Origin: a virus
Length of the DNA stretch: 64,000 nt
Virus record (IMG/VR): IMGVR_UViG_3300032893_000011
Location: 1 to 64,000 of that record
Reading direction: 5' to 3' (one strand)
How positions within the stretch are numbered: the first letter of the stretch is position 1; each line of letters opens with the position of its first letter. Below the pieces are notes generated by a model that was not told the DNA's origin, did not search any database, and was given only the letters and a program-made list of their open reading frames with translations. A program made the translations under genes and the position numbers. Of the stretch, positions 18,585 to 28,654 are shown piece after piece.

Positions 18585-19349
18585 ATGGCGAGAACCGCCC
18601 CCAAACCCCCGAGCGGCCTGATCGACACGACCACCACCATCGCCCCCGACCAGCTGAACTACTACCACCGAAACGCCCGCCGCGGCGACGTCAACGCGAT
18701 CATGCGGTCCCTGCTGAAACATGCCCAGTACAAGCCGCTCACCGGCAACATCGGCACTTACACCGGACGGCCCAACGAGATCCTGGCCGGGAACCACACG
18801 CTGCGCGCGATCCGCCAGCTGGCCGCCGACGACCCGGCCGACCCGCGGTGGCAGTCAGTGAAGGTCCATTGGGGCGACTGGGACGACGACACCTGCCGCA
18901 CCATCAACCTCGCCGACAACCGCACCGCCGAACTCGGCGGCTACGACACCGCCGAGCTGGTCGCGCTGCTCAACGGCGTCGACGACACGGACCTGTCGAG
19001 CATCGGCTACACCGTCGAGGACGTATCAGATTTGCGGGCGTCTCTAGAGGAGCAGGACACGCCGATCGTCGATCAACGCCCACCGCGCCTCGGCGAAGAT
19101 GGGCTGATCGACAGCAACGACATCACCGAAAACAAGGAAGGCTACGCTGACGCGGCGAGCCGGCTGGTGGTGTTGGTGTATCCGATCCCGCAGTTCGTTT
19201 GGGCGCAGGAGCAGTTTGGGAAGTTCCGGGCGGACCGCGGGATAGACACCAACACGGAAGCTGTGTTGGCGCTCCTCGCGGATTACACCGGCGTGGCCCC
19301 GCCGGAGGCGGAGGGGTTCGAGCCCGCGGGGGTGGCTGTTGAGGGTTGA
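18585..19349 (+). CDS. ParB/Srx N-terminal domain protein (modification-cluster associated)
   Basis: RNARRGDV, ILAGNHTLRA, LADNRTAELGGYD. Confidence 0.85.
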   Translation: MARTAPKPPSGLIDTTTTIAPDQLNYYHRNARRGDVNAIMRSLLKHAQYKPLTGNIGTYTGRPNEILAGNHTLRAIRQLAADDPADPRWQSVKVHWGDWDDDTCRTINLADNRTAELGGYDTAELVALLNGVDDTDLSSIGYTVEDVSDLRASLEEQDTPIVDQRPPRLGEDGLIDSNDITENKEGYADAASRLVVLVYPIPQFVWAQEQFGKFRADRGIDTNTEAVLALLADYTGVAPPEAEGFEPAGVAVEG

Positions 19350-20319
19350 CGCGGCGCGCCTGCTGACCCGCGAGCAAGCCACCGAGCTTGTCGGGCTGAA
19401 ACCGGCTGTTATGACACCGAACGTGGACGCGCCTGCGTTTGTGCACGACGCCGACACCGGCGAGCTGATCCTGGCGTATCTGCCGCTGGAGGATCCGGGG
19501 CCGCTGCGGCGGGCGATGCTGACGGTGGACTGCTCGTCGGGTGTGCAACGCAACCGCAACTACCGGTCGCAGTCGCGCACATTCGGATACGCGCCGCGTC
19601 GGCCGGTGTTGCGCCGCGAAGGCTGCAGCCACACGTCGATCTGCATTGAGCAGCCCGACGTTGAACAAGTCCTGGAGAACTACGCAGACCAGCTGGGCCG
19701 GACCTTCAACAGTTTCGCGCCCGAGGTGGTCGAGGCTAACCGCGTCACCTTGGGTGACGTGCTGCCGCAGTGGCGGCTGGGGAAGGAGAAGCTGTGGACG
19801 TCGGGGGTGATCAACAACACCGCCGCCCTGCCCTATCATCGGGACGGTTACAACTTCCCCACCTGGTCGGCGATGTCCGTCATCCGCAGGGGCGTCCGCG
19901 GCGGTCACCTGCACGTCCCCGAATATGGTGTGGTGCTGCCGTGCTCTGACGCGACCGTCGTGTTCTTTGAAGGTTTCAGGCACGTTCACGGCGTCACCCC
20001 GATCGTGCGCGTGAAGAAGGGCGAAGGGTATCGGATCAGCGTCGTGTATTACGCCCTGCGGGGCATGAAGAACTGCCGCGAAGCCGCCGAAGAGACAGTG
20101 TTGGCCCGCCAACGACGTACCGAACGCGAGGTCGAGATGGCTAAACGGCTGGCCGCCGGCGAAACTGGCATCCCTCAATCAATAGGCGGCCGCATAGACC
20201 CTCGCAAGTTGGATAGACGTGTCTCCTCCGTTAATTGGCGGTTCAATTCCGAGTCGCCGCCGCCGAAGGCCCGGGCAGCCAAGCCGAAAGACGACGATGA
20301 GGGGTCTCGTGCTGATTGA
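19339..20319 (+). CDS. 2OG-Fe(II) dioxygenase, TET/JBP family
   Basis: WTSGVINN, YHRDGYN (HxD), HGVTPI, RISVVYY. Confidence 0.82.
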   Translation: MRVDAARLLTREQATELVGLKPAVMTPNVDAPAFVHDADTGELILAYLPLEDPGPLRRAMLTVDCSSGVQRNRNYRSQSRTFGYAPRRPVLRREGCSHTSICIEQPDVEQVLENYADQLGRTFNSFAPEVVEANRVTLGDVLPQWRLGKEKLWTSGVINNTAALPYHRDGYNFPTWSAMSVIRRGVRGGHLHVPEYGVVLPCSDATVVFFEGFRHVHGVTPIVRVKKGEGYRISVVYYALRGMKNCREAAEETVLARQRRTEREVEMAKRLAAGETGIPQSIGGRIDPRKLDRRVSSVNWRFNSESPPPKARAAKPKDDDEGSRAD

Positions 20320-21187
20320 CCAGCGGCGGCTGGCTGATTTGACGGAGTTCGCCCGCGTCGAAGCCGAAAGCCGCGACGTGGAGCCGTGGGCTGACATCAT
20401 CGCCGCCGTCGAGCTGCCTCGCGAGCAGCGCACCTGGCTGATGACCTTGTACAACACGTTCGACGACCTGCATTCGGCGTGGTCGTGTATGCGACGCTGG
20501 CCCACCCCCGCCCGGTGGGGCGCGGCGCCCGACCGCCACGAGGCGGCGCGATTCAACTGCACGCAGGAGCGCCGCAACCTGCGCGGCGGCCGGGTCCTGC
20601 AACGCTTCGCCTCCTACGCGGCAATCCTCACCGGCCGCACCGAGGAGCAGTGGATGACCGTCGGGCTGGGAGCCGACCCGGGCCGCAACTTCACGCGCCT
20701 CACCACGCGGATGCGCACCGTGTGGGGGGTGGGCCGCCAATCAGCTTTCGAGTGGGCCGAATTCGCCGGCAAAGTCCTCGGCCTACCAGCCGACGCCGCT
20801 GACGGCCAACTATGGGAGTCGTCAGGGCCCCGGCGTTGTTTGGAGCGGATCTTTCACCTCGATCAGCCGAGCCCCGCGCAGCTGCACGAGGCGGCCAACG
20901 TGTGCCGCGAATGGCTGCGGCAGGAGGGGGTGCCGCTGGCGTGGGTCGACTTCGAAACCGTGATCTGCGACTACAACGTGGCCCGTGACGGGCGTTACTA
21001 CCCGGGCCGGCACCTCGCCGCCCTGCGGGAGGAGATCAACACGCTACCCGACGCCGCCGACAGGGCCCTACTCGGCGCGGCGTGGGACTCTTTCGTGCCT
21101 GAGCCGTGGCGCTCCATCCGGCCCGGCATCGACCCCGCGAAGATGAATGTTTATCGCGACTCGGGGAAGATTATTCAATGGCCGTAG
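20297..21187 (+). CDS. Amino acid:DNA transferase-like (aGPT-Pplase2 clade)
   Basis: ERRNLR, GVGRQSAFEWAE, SGPRRCL, FETVICDY..GRYYPG; start may be GTG 20309. Confidence 0.72.
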   Translation: MRGLVLIDQRRLADLTEFARVEAESRDVEPWADIIAAVELPREQRTWLMTLYNTFDDLHSAWSCMRRWPTPARWGAAPDRHEAARFNCTQERRNLRGGRVLQRFASYAAILTGRTEEQWMTVGLGADPGRNFTRLTTRMRTVWGVGRQSAFEWAEFAGKVLGLPADAADGQLWESSGPRRCLERIFHLDQPSPAQLHEAANVCREWLRQEGVPLAWVDFETVICDYNVARDGRYYPGRHLAALREEINTLPDAADRALLGAAWDSFVPEPWRSIRPGIDPAKMNVYRDSGKIIQWP

Positions 21188-22257
21188 AAGACCCCGCCGC
21201 GACAGCCCGGTTCCTGGGCGCCTACTGCAAACAGTTCAACGCTGGGGCGTTCGCCCACCCGACCGGCAAAGAACTCGCCGCCCACCCCGAGTGGATAACA
21301 GACGAGCAAATCGGCGACGAACGCGCTGTGGTCATCAGCCGCGTCTTAAGTCGCGACTCGGTGCGCACCGACTTCACCGGCAGGAAATTCGCGATCCCCG
21401 CCAGCCAGCGAATCGCCACCCTAGTCGCGCACACACCCAACCTGCTGCCGCAGCTGAACCGCTACGCCTACATCATGACCTACGCCGAGGACCGCCAGCT
21501 GAACGCCCTATGCGCCACCCTCGGCAGGCGCATCGTGGGCACTCGGATCACCGCAGCCGCCGAAATCATCCACTGCTGGGGGCCGCCCACCGACCAAGCC
21601 CACTACGCAGCCTGGGACCGTGCCACCGTCACCGAAGTCGGCCACACCGACCCAGCGACCGTCTTTGGGTTCGTCACCGAAGCCGCCGCCGCCACCGGAT
21701 GGGACGACGACTACCCCTACTACAGCGACGGCGGCTGGAGCGCGGTATGCCTCAAAGGGTTCTGGCCTGACGACCCCAGCCGCGGTGTCAAACCCTCCGA
21801 GATGCCCAAACCGTGGAAAGCCGAGCACCGCAGCGATTTGACTCGCACCGCCCAATGGACAACCCTGGCCCGCCGAACCCCGTCGTTGACGGCGTTCGTG
21901 GAGTCGGTGCCGTGGTGGCGGCGCACCGAGCGGGTTCGGCTGCTGAAGATGAAAGCGGGATCGCGGCTCGCGCGTCACAGCGACATCACCGACCGCGACA
22001 GCGGCACCCGCGACGGCCAGATTGTCCGGTTCCACATCCCGCTTCTCACCCACCCGGACTGCCTGCTGCACACCTGGGACCTCGACGGGCTCCGCCGCGA
22101 CCACCACCTACAGGCGGGCCGCTGGTACTACCTCGACGCCCGCAAACCCCACGCCGTCACCAACCGCGGGCCCGTCGACCGCATCCACCTCGTCGTGGAC
22201 GTGCTCTGCGACGTCGACGTGCGCCGCCACATCGCGCAGGCCCGCCAATGCGTCTGA
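21178..22257 (+). CDS. Asp/Asn beta-hydroxylase-like 2OG oxygenase with extra N-terminal domain
   Basis: RVRLLKM..GSRLARHSD, RFHIPLLT, KPHAVTN, RIHLVVD. Confidence 0.78.
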   Translation: MAVEDPAATARFLGAYCKQFNAGAFAHPTGKELAAHPEWITDEQIGDERAVVISRVLSRDSVRTDFTGRKFAIPASQRIATLVAHTPNLLPQLNRYAYIMTYAEDRQLNALCATLGRRIVGTRITAAAEIIHCWGPPTDQAHYAAWDRATVTEVGHTDPATVFGFVTEAAAATGWDDDYPYYSDGGWSAVCLKGFWPDDPSRGVKPSEMPKPWKAEHRSDLTRTAQWTTLARRTPSLTAFVESVPWWRRTERVRLLKMKAGSRLARHSDITDRDSGTRDGQIVRFHIPLLTHPDCLLHTWDLDGLRRDHHLQAGRWYYLDARKPHAVTNRGPVDRIHLVVDVLCDVDVRRHIAQARQCV

Positions 22258-22793
22258 TATACCTCGCCGGTGGGCCCGGCTCAGGCAAATCCACCCTGAT
22301 GGCGGCCCTGACCAGCCGATACGATCGGATGCCGTGCTACCGCGACAAACCTCCGCATGATGTGCTCGTCGACCGGGGCACCGGCGCGGCGGTGGGCGCG
22401 GAGATAGGGCGCCGCCGCGCCAGCTTCGGCGGCACCGACGCCCTAGCCTCCACAATCATCAACACCGCCGTCCCATGGGTGGAGTCGAAGCCCTACCCGC
22501 TGATCCTGGCTGAGGGCGCCCGCCTGGCGTGTCAACGATTCCTGCTCGCCGCCACCGCCACCTACGATGTGACGTTGGCGCTGCTCGACCACCCCCAAGC
22601 CGAAGGGTGGCGCGTCGCGCGCTCCCAAGCCAACAACCGGTTCCAAAACGAGGCCTGGGTGCGGGGCCGAATCAGCGCCAGCCGCAACCTCGCCGACAAG
22701 CTCGACGGCCGCGAGCGGATCACGGTCCTGCGCGGACACCCCGACGACCTGCAACCAATCCTGGCTGGACTACTCGCCGATGAGCACCACTGA
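22248..22793 (+). CDS. P-loop nucleotide kinase of base-modification clusters
   Basis: GGPGSGKST, FGGTDAL, AEGARL. Confidence 0.8.
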   Translation: MRLIYLAGGPGSGKSTLMAALTSRYDRMPCYRDKPPHDVLVDRGTGAAVGAEIGRRRASFGGTDALASTIINTAVPWVESKPYPLILAEGARLACQRFLLAATATYDVTLALLDHPQAEGWRVARSQANNRFQNEAWVRGRISASRNLADKLDGRERITVLRGHPDDLQPILAGLLADEHH

Positions 22794-24465
22794 GAAGCAG
22801 CACGCCGTCACCAACCTGACAGCAGCGTGGCCGCCCGAGTCGCGCAACGCGATGCTCGAATACCTGTCCGCGGGCGCGAAACGCAAGATCCTGGCGGGGA
22901 CGTACCGCGACGCCGCGAACCTCGCCCAGGTCATCGACCCCCGCTACGTCGTCACACCGGCGCTGCAACTCATCGCCACGCACATCGAGACGGTGCTGCG
23001 CCGCCCCCGCCACAACCTGCTCATCAACATGCACCCCCAGTCGGGCAAGACTCAGCTGTGCGCCGTCTACGCGCCGCTGCGGGCCCTCATGCTCAACGCC
23101 AACTGCCGCATCATCCTCACCTGCTACGCGGCGTCGCTGGCCGAGGAGTCGTCCCGGCGCTGCCGCGAACTGATCGAGCAGCACGGCACCGGCGTCATCG
23201 ACCCCGTCACGGGCGTCGCCGCCGCCGACAAGCTCGGCTACCGCCTGGCCTCGGGATCCAACCGGGTGAACGCCTGGAAGATCGCGGGCGCCCGCGGCGG
23301 CATGGTCGCCGTCGGGTGGGGCGCCAGCCTCACAGGCAAGCCCGCCGACCTGTTGATCATCGACGACGTGGTCAAGAACCAGATGGAGGCTGACTCCGCC
23401 AACCACCGCCGCAAGATCTCCGAATGGTTCTCCACGGTGGCGCTGACCCGACTATCACCCGACGCATCCATAATCCACATCAGCACCCGCTGGCACCCCG
23501 AGGACCTGGCCGGGCAGATCATCTCCGGGGAGGCCCTGCAGGACGACCGGTTCAAGACGTGGAAACACATCAACATCCCCGCCATCGCCGAACGTGGCAT
23601 CCCCGACGCGCTCGGCCGCCAGCCTGGGGAGGCGATGGAATCCGCGCGCGGCTTCACCAAAGAATCCTTCGAGGCCATCCGCCGCGAGGTCGGGGAGAGG
23701 ACGTGGTACAGCATGTTCCAGGGGGTCCCCAGAAACCCGGCCGGCGGCCTGTTCCTGCGGGCGTGGTTCGAGCCCCGCGCGGTCATAGCCCCCGCCGACC
23801 CGGTGGCCGTCATCGTCGGGGTCGACCCCGCAGACACGGGCCGCGACGACGAGACCGGCATCATCGCCGCCGCCCTCGACCAGGACGGGCGCATAATCCT
23901 CACCGAGGACTGGTCGGGGAAGTTCACCAGCGACCAGTGGGGGCGGCGCGCCGTCACCCTGGCGTTAACGGTCGGGGCCCGCGAGATCTCGTTCGAGGCC
24001 TACAGCATCGCCACCACCTACAAGCAGGTCCTCGAACACGCCTACCGTGCCATCCACGCCGACGCCGCCGCCAAGCACCGCAGCGGCGCCGACCTCACCG
24101 ACATCGAGCGCAAGGCGCTGGGCGAGTTGCCGCCGTTCACGATCCACAAGTGGCGCGGCCCGGCCCGCGTCGACGCGGTCGGGCGCAGCGCCGTCCTGCG
24201 TCAGGCGTTCGAGACACGGCGCGCCCGCACCGTCGAACACAAGCTGGCCGTGTTCGAGGACCAGGCCGCCGACTGGTTCGCCGGGCAGCACTGCCCAGAC
24301 AGGGTCGCCGCCGCGGTCATCGCCCACGACCGGCTCGACAAACTGTCCGGAGGGGCCCGGATGACGATAGCCACCCCGATCAACACCCGCCCCGACCCCG
24401 TGTCGAGATTCAAGACGCCCGCCGCGGTGCAGACGCATCTGGCCCGCCGACTTGGACGCCGGTAA
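22780..24465 (+). CDS. Terminase large subunit
   Basis: MHPQSGKT, LLIIDDVVK, TRWHPEDLAG, VGVDPA, CPDRVAA. Confidence 0.93.
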   Translation: MSTTEKQHAVTNLTAAWPPESRNAMLEYLSAGAKRKILAGTYRDAANLAQVIDPRYVVTPALQLIATHIETVLRRPRHNLLINMHPQSGKTQLCAVYAPLRALMLNANCRIILTCYAASLAEESSRRCRELIEQHGTGVIDPVTGVAAADKLGYRLASGSNRVNAWKIAGARGGMVAVGWGASLTGKPADLLIIDDVVKNQMEADSANHRRKISEWFSTVALTRLSPDASIIHISTRWHPEDLAGQIISGEALQDDRFKTWKHINIPAIAERGIPDALGRQPGEAMESARGFTKESFEAIRREVGERTWYSMFQGVPRNPAGGLFLRAWFEPRAVIAPADPVAVIVGVDPADTGRDDETGIIAAALDQDGRIILTEDWSGKFTSDQWGRRAVTLALTVGAREISFEAYSIATTYKQVLEHAYRAIHADAAAKHRSGADLTDIERKALGELPPFTIHKWRGPARVDAVGRSAVLRQAFETRRARTVEHKLAVFEDQAADWFAGQHCPDRVAAAVIAHDRLDKLSGGARMTIATPINTRPDPVSRFKTPAAVQTHLARRLGRR

Positions 24466-24534
24466 AGGGCGTTAACGGCTGCACCGTCCCCCGTTAGATT
24501 TGCGGGCGAATCCACACCGTCACGAGGACAGCAC

Positions 24535-26151
24535 GTGGCCGCCCCGAAGCTCTACCACTGGCGGCGTGTCCGCAACTTCGGCGACGAACTCTCCGCATGG
24601 ATCATGGCCCGCCTGAACGTCGCCTACGACGCCGCCGAGCCCCGCGACGCGAACCTGGTCATCTGCGGGTCGGTGCTCGAACACCTGCACCCCGGCTGGG
24701 TCGGCACCGTCTGCGGCGCCGGCCTGCTGCGCGAAACGTCCACGGCGGACCTGTCGCTGGCGCGGGTGGTGGCGCTGCGCGGCAAACTGACCGCCGCCCG
24801 CACCCGCGGCCTACCCAAACAGCCCGTCCTGGGCGACCCCGGCCTGCTCGTGTCGCGCTGGGCGCCGCAGATCGTCGCCAAACACGACCTCGGCGTGGTG
24901 CCCCACTGGTCCGACGACAGCCTCGCGTCCCGGTTCCCCTACGGGCTGCTGATCGACCCGCGCCGGGCGCCCGGCGACGTGATCCGCGACATCGGCGCCT
25001 GCAAACGCGTCGTGTCCTCCAGCCTGCACGGCCTGATCGTCGCCGACAGCTTCGGCATCCCGCGGCGGGCCGAGCTGTTCCCCGACGCCGGCAAACCCTA
25101 CGAGGGCGGCGACTTCAAGTACCGCGACTACGCCTCGATCTACGACACCCACCCGCACTGGGGAGAGTTCTGGCGCGCCCCCTACACCGTCGTCGAGGCC
25201 GTCAAGAACCGGCTGCGCGACGCCCTGGCCGAGGCGACGAACACCCCCGTCCCCCGCATCGACATCACCCCCCCGCCCGACGTGCCGCCCCGAACCCGCG
25301 GGCGACGTCCCCTGCTGAGCCTGCTCGTCCCGTTCCACCACGACCACACCGACAGCGAGCACCGCGCCCGCGTCTGGGCGTGGCTAGCCCGCCACTGGCA
25401 CGCGCAGCTACCCGACGCCGAAATCCTCATCGGCCACTGCCCCACTCTGCCCTACAGCAAGTGCCGCGCCGTCAACGAGGCCGCCGGCCGCGCCCGCGGC
25501 AAAGTGCTGTGCATCCTGGACGCCGACGCCTACCCCGACGCAAAAGTCATCCGACGCTGCGCCGCCGACATCATCGCCGCCACCACCGCCGGGCGCAGGC
25601 TGTGGCACGTCCCCTATCGCCGCCTGTACCGCCTGTCCCGCGACTACACCGAGACACTGCTCGAAACCGACCCGACCCGGCCGTACGCGATGCCCTCACC
25701 GCCCAACGGCGCGTGGCTGGAACCCGACAGCCGCAACACCGTCGCCCACGGCTACCTCTACGGCGCCATGTGCATGATCATGCCCACCGAGGCCTTCTTC
25801 ACCGCCGGGGGCATGGACCCCCGCATGGCCGGATGGGGCGGGGAGGACATCAGCTTCCTGCGCTCGCTCGACACCCTGTACGGCCTGCACGAGGTCGTCG
25901 ACGCGGACATCTGCCACCTGTGGCACCTGCGGCCCGGCAAGGACTGGAAAACGCGGACATGGCAGGGCCAGGCGGCGGGCCTGGCCAACTCGCGGCTGGC
26001 GCAGCGCTACGCGGCGGCCACGGGCGAGCCGGGGTTCATGCGCCAGCTCGTCGCCGAGTACGCCCAACCCGCCCCGCTGTCGATGGAGTACCTGCGGCCG
26101 GCTAGAACGAGCCAGGCGGGTGCCCGGCGAAAACGAGCGCCAAGTCCTTGA
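24535..26151 (+). CDS. Polysaccharide pyruvyltransferase (ExoV-like) fused to GT2/GT7C glycosyltransferase
   Basis: NFGDELS, RGKLT, GDPGLL, SSSLHGLIVADSFGIP; C-terminal LDADAY, GGMDPRMAGWGGED, HLWH. Confidence 0.85.
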   Translation: MAAPKLYHWRRVRNFGDELSAWIMARLNVAYDAAEPRDANLVICGSVLEHLHPGWVGTVCGAGLLRETSTADLSLARVVALRGKLTAARTRGLPKQPVLGDPGLLVSRWAPQIVAKHDLGVVPHWSDDSLASRFPYGLLIDPRRAPGDVIRDIGACKRVVSSSLHGLIVADSFGIPRRAELFPDAGKPYEGGDFKYRDYASIYDTHPHWGEFWRAPYTVVEAVKNRLRDALAEATNTPVPRIDITPPPDVPPRTRGRRPLLSLLVPFHHDHTDSEHRARVWAWLARHWHAQLPDAEILIGHCPTLPYSKCRAVNEAAGRARGKVLCILDADAYPDAKVIRRCAADIIAATTAGRRLWHVPYRRLYRLSRDYTETLLETDPTRPYAMPSPPNGAWLEPDSRNTVAHGYLYGAMCMIMPTEAFFTAGGMDPRMAGWGGEDISFLRSLDTLYGLHEVVDADICHLWHLRPGKDWKTRTWQGQAAGLANSRLAQRYAAATGEPGFMRQLVAEYAQPAPLSMEYLRPARTSQAGARRKRAPSP

Positions 26152-26543
26152 GCACCGTCTCGGCCTCCTGCTGAAACGCCGGGGGCAGGCCCGTCATGTC
26201 GGGCACGATCTGCGTGAGCCACCCAAGGGCAAGCGACCCGAAAATGACCTGCACGGTCGTCAGACCCGGCACTGACTGCATCGCGGGCTCCTCTGCGTGG
26301 TCCCAGCGCATAATAATGCATCCGAAGGGTGGGAGGCGCCGATGGACATCCCCCTGACCGTGCTGCTGGTCGTGGCCGCTATCCTGCTGACCGTTTTCGC
26401 GGTCGAGACCTGGGAGGTCCTAAGAGACGAGACCCATCACCCCAGGTAACAGCGCCATCGCGTTAAGATAACGATGAGAATACGCTGAATTCGGGTGTCG
26501 AGAACCCCTACACCGCATGGGGTGGCGAGTAGGGTAACCCGCC

Positions 26544-26861
26544 ATGACTGCCAAATCATATGTAATCGGTGCTGCCCTGCTCGCCGCGATCAGTGTATCC
26601 GCAACCCCCGCCCAGGCGCAGCCGCTGCCACGCGACTGGGGCTCGATCGCCCAATGCGAATCGGGCGGCAACCCGGCCACCAACACCGGCAACGGCTTCT
26701 ACGGCATGTACCAGATCCAGCAGAGCACATGGGTGGGGGCCGGCGGCCTGCAGTTCGCCGCCCGCGCCGACCTGGCCACACCCGCGCAGCAGACCATCGT
26801 CGCCGACCGGATCATGGCCACCCAAGGCCCGGGCGCCTGGCCGGTGTGCTCTAGGAGGTAG
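26544..26861 (+). CDS. Resuscitation-promoting factor (Rpf) transglycosylase, secreted, stand-alone
   Basis: Signal peptide; WGSIAQCESGGN..NTGNGFYG.YQ...TW...QGPGAWPVC. Confidence 0.92.
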   Translation: MTAKSYVIGAALLAAISVSATPAQAQPLPRDWGSIAQCESGGNPATNTGNGFYGMYQIQQSTWVGAGGLQFAARADLATPAQQTIVADRIMATQGPGAWPVCSRR

Positions 26862-27387
26862 CGAACAGCGACAGCGGCCCGGAGACATCCGCGTCGATGT
26901 CGGCGGCGCTCGCAGCCACCAGGACCGGCCGGACCGTCACGTGGACCGCGAACTCCTCGCCAGCCTCGGCGAGACGTTTCGTGCCGCCCCAATGCACCAC
27001 CTGCGAGTCGTCGGCGATAACCGGGCCGGTGATCGCGTCAAAAATTGCGCGTGCGAGCTTGTCGGCGTCGGGACGCTTCACCGCCTGCGGGGTGCGCCGC
27101 GGCGTCGACTTGGGCCGCGGCAACACGACGTCCAGGTGCACGCTCACCGCGCCGGTCAGCAGCGGCCGCCCCCGCATCGCCACCCGGGCGGCCAGGGCGA
27201 CCCGCTGCCGCCACGGCCCCACCTGCGGGTTGTCCTCCACCAGGTTGACCACGACACGGCCGTTGCGGTCACGCACCGGCTGCCTGAAACGGTCGGTGAC
27301 GACGAACGACCGCTTACTCCCCTGCGGCTGCGCCTTCCCGGGCACGGTGAACCGAATCGGCGGGCCCATGAACCTGACCTCGGTCAC
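26851..27387 (-). CDS. rusA: RusA-family Holliday junction resolvase
   Basis: VPGKAQPQGSKR, RPDADKLARAIFDAIT, DDSQVV. Confidence 0.88.
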   Translation of the reverse strand: MTEVRFMGPPIRFTVPGKAQPQGSKRSFVVTDRFRQPVRDRNGRVVVNLVEDNPQVGPWRQRVALAARVAMRGRPLLTGAVSVHLDVVLPRPKSTPRRTPQAVKRPDADKLARAIFDAITGPVIADDSQVVHWGGTKRLAEAGEEFAVHVTVRPVLVAASAADIDADVSGPLSLFATS

Positions 27388-27416
27388 AACCCAATGATAA
27401 TCGTGGAGGTGTTATC

Positions 27417-27827
27417 GTGCCCCCCGTGGGACAGACCCTGCTCATCCTGGCCGTCTACGTCCTATCATGCTCACGCGTGACACGGCTGATAAACAGCGAC
27501 GTCATTCTCGACCCCGCCCGGGTGTGGATGGCGCACCGTGCCGCCGCCGCCAAAACCGGGCGCGACGAGGCACTGAGCCACGGCCGCCACCACCACGCCG
27601 AACGGCTCGAACGCGCCACCGCCCGCTGGAATAAGGCGGTCTACTTCGTCGGCTGCCCGTGGTGCGTCGGGTTCTGGATCTGCCTCGCCGCGGCCTACCT
27701 GCCTGTTGCGCTCATCGGATGGCCGTGGTGGGCTGTCGTGCCGGTCGCGCTGTCGGCCAGCCACCTCGTCGGCGTAGCCTCGGCGCTGGACACCGAAGAC
27801 ATGCAGATAGAGGAGGAGAAGCCGTGA
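27417..27827 (+). CDS. DUF1360-like membrane protein
   Basis: RVTRLINSDVI, CPWCVGFW, GGAGG RBS. Confidence 0.75.
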   Translation: MPPVGQTLLILAVYVLSCSRVTRLINSDVILDPARVWMAHRAAAAKTGRDEALSHGRHHHAERLERATARWNKAVYFVGCPWCVGFWICLAAAYLPVALIGWPWWAVVPVALSASHLVGVASALDTEDMQIEEEKP

Positions 27828-28570
27828 CCACACGGGTGGCTGGCAAACTGGGGCGACGCCCGGCACTGCCGCCGGAGCAGAGGTTCGCGATCAAATGGGT
27901 CCACGAATACGGTGCCCTACCGGCACCGGCCTACCCGATAGACGTGTCCGGCGGCATCACCGACTGGGGCATGTACGGCAACGGCCCCGACCCCGACTGC
28001 ACGCTGCGCCCAGACGGCGTCGGGGACTGCTCCTTCGCGGCGCGGATCCACTACCAGATGGCCGTCGCCGCATGGGGCCACGAACACCCGCCCACCGAAA
28101 CCCCCAACCAGCTCGTCGCCGAATACCTCCAATACGACGACGGCATTGACCAGGGCGCCGTCCTCGCGCAGCTGCTGCTGAACTGGTACCAGACAGGCAA
28201 AATTGCGGCGTTCGCCCCCGTGCACCCCGACACGTCCGACGCCGCCCTTCAGGCCTTCCACGGACTCTACGTCGGCGTGAACCTGACACCCGACGCGCAG
28301 GACCTGTTCGCGGCCGGGCAGCCGTGGACCGTGGCCGACGGGCAGCAGCCCGATCCCGCCCTGGGGCACTGCGTCCTGCAGGTCAAAGCCGACGGGCACC
28401 GATTCAACGACTACGTCACATGGGCGGAGGACCAGCCCGCGACGCTGGACTGGTCGGATCTGTGCGTCGAGGAACGCTGGGCCGTCATCCTGCACGAGGA
28501 CACCGTCGCACCCCTCTACATCGACGTGTCTGTGCTGCGCGCCGACATCGACGCCCTCGACGCCGCCTAG
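27824..28570 (+). CDS. Putative papain-like cysteine peptidase
   Basis: GDCSFAA (Cys), GHCV (His), YVTW. Confidence 0.6.
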   Translation: MTTRVAGKLGRRPALPPEQRFAIKWVHEYGALPAPAYPIDVSGGITDWGMYGNGPDPDCTLRPDGVGDCSFAARIHYQMAVAAWGHEHPPTETPNQLVAEYLQYDDGIDQGAVLAQLLLNWYQTGKIAAFAPVHPDTSDAALQAFHGLYVGVNLTPDAQDLFAAGQPWTVADGQQPDPALGHCVLQVKADGHRFNDYVTWAEDQPATLDWSDLCVEERWAVILHEDTVAPLYIDVSVLRADIDALDAA

Positions 28571-28654
28571 GGCTTGCACGCCGCCGCGCTAGGCTGCCGC
28601 CAGCCCCAACAACCAGAAAGTCGAGGCTGGAGCCCCTAGAAAGGGAGGCTGATC

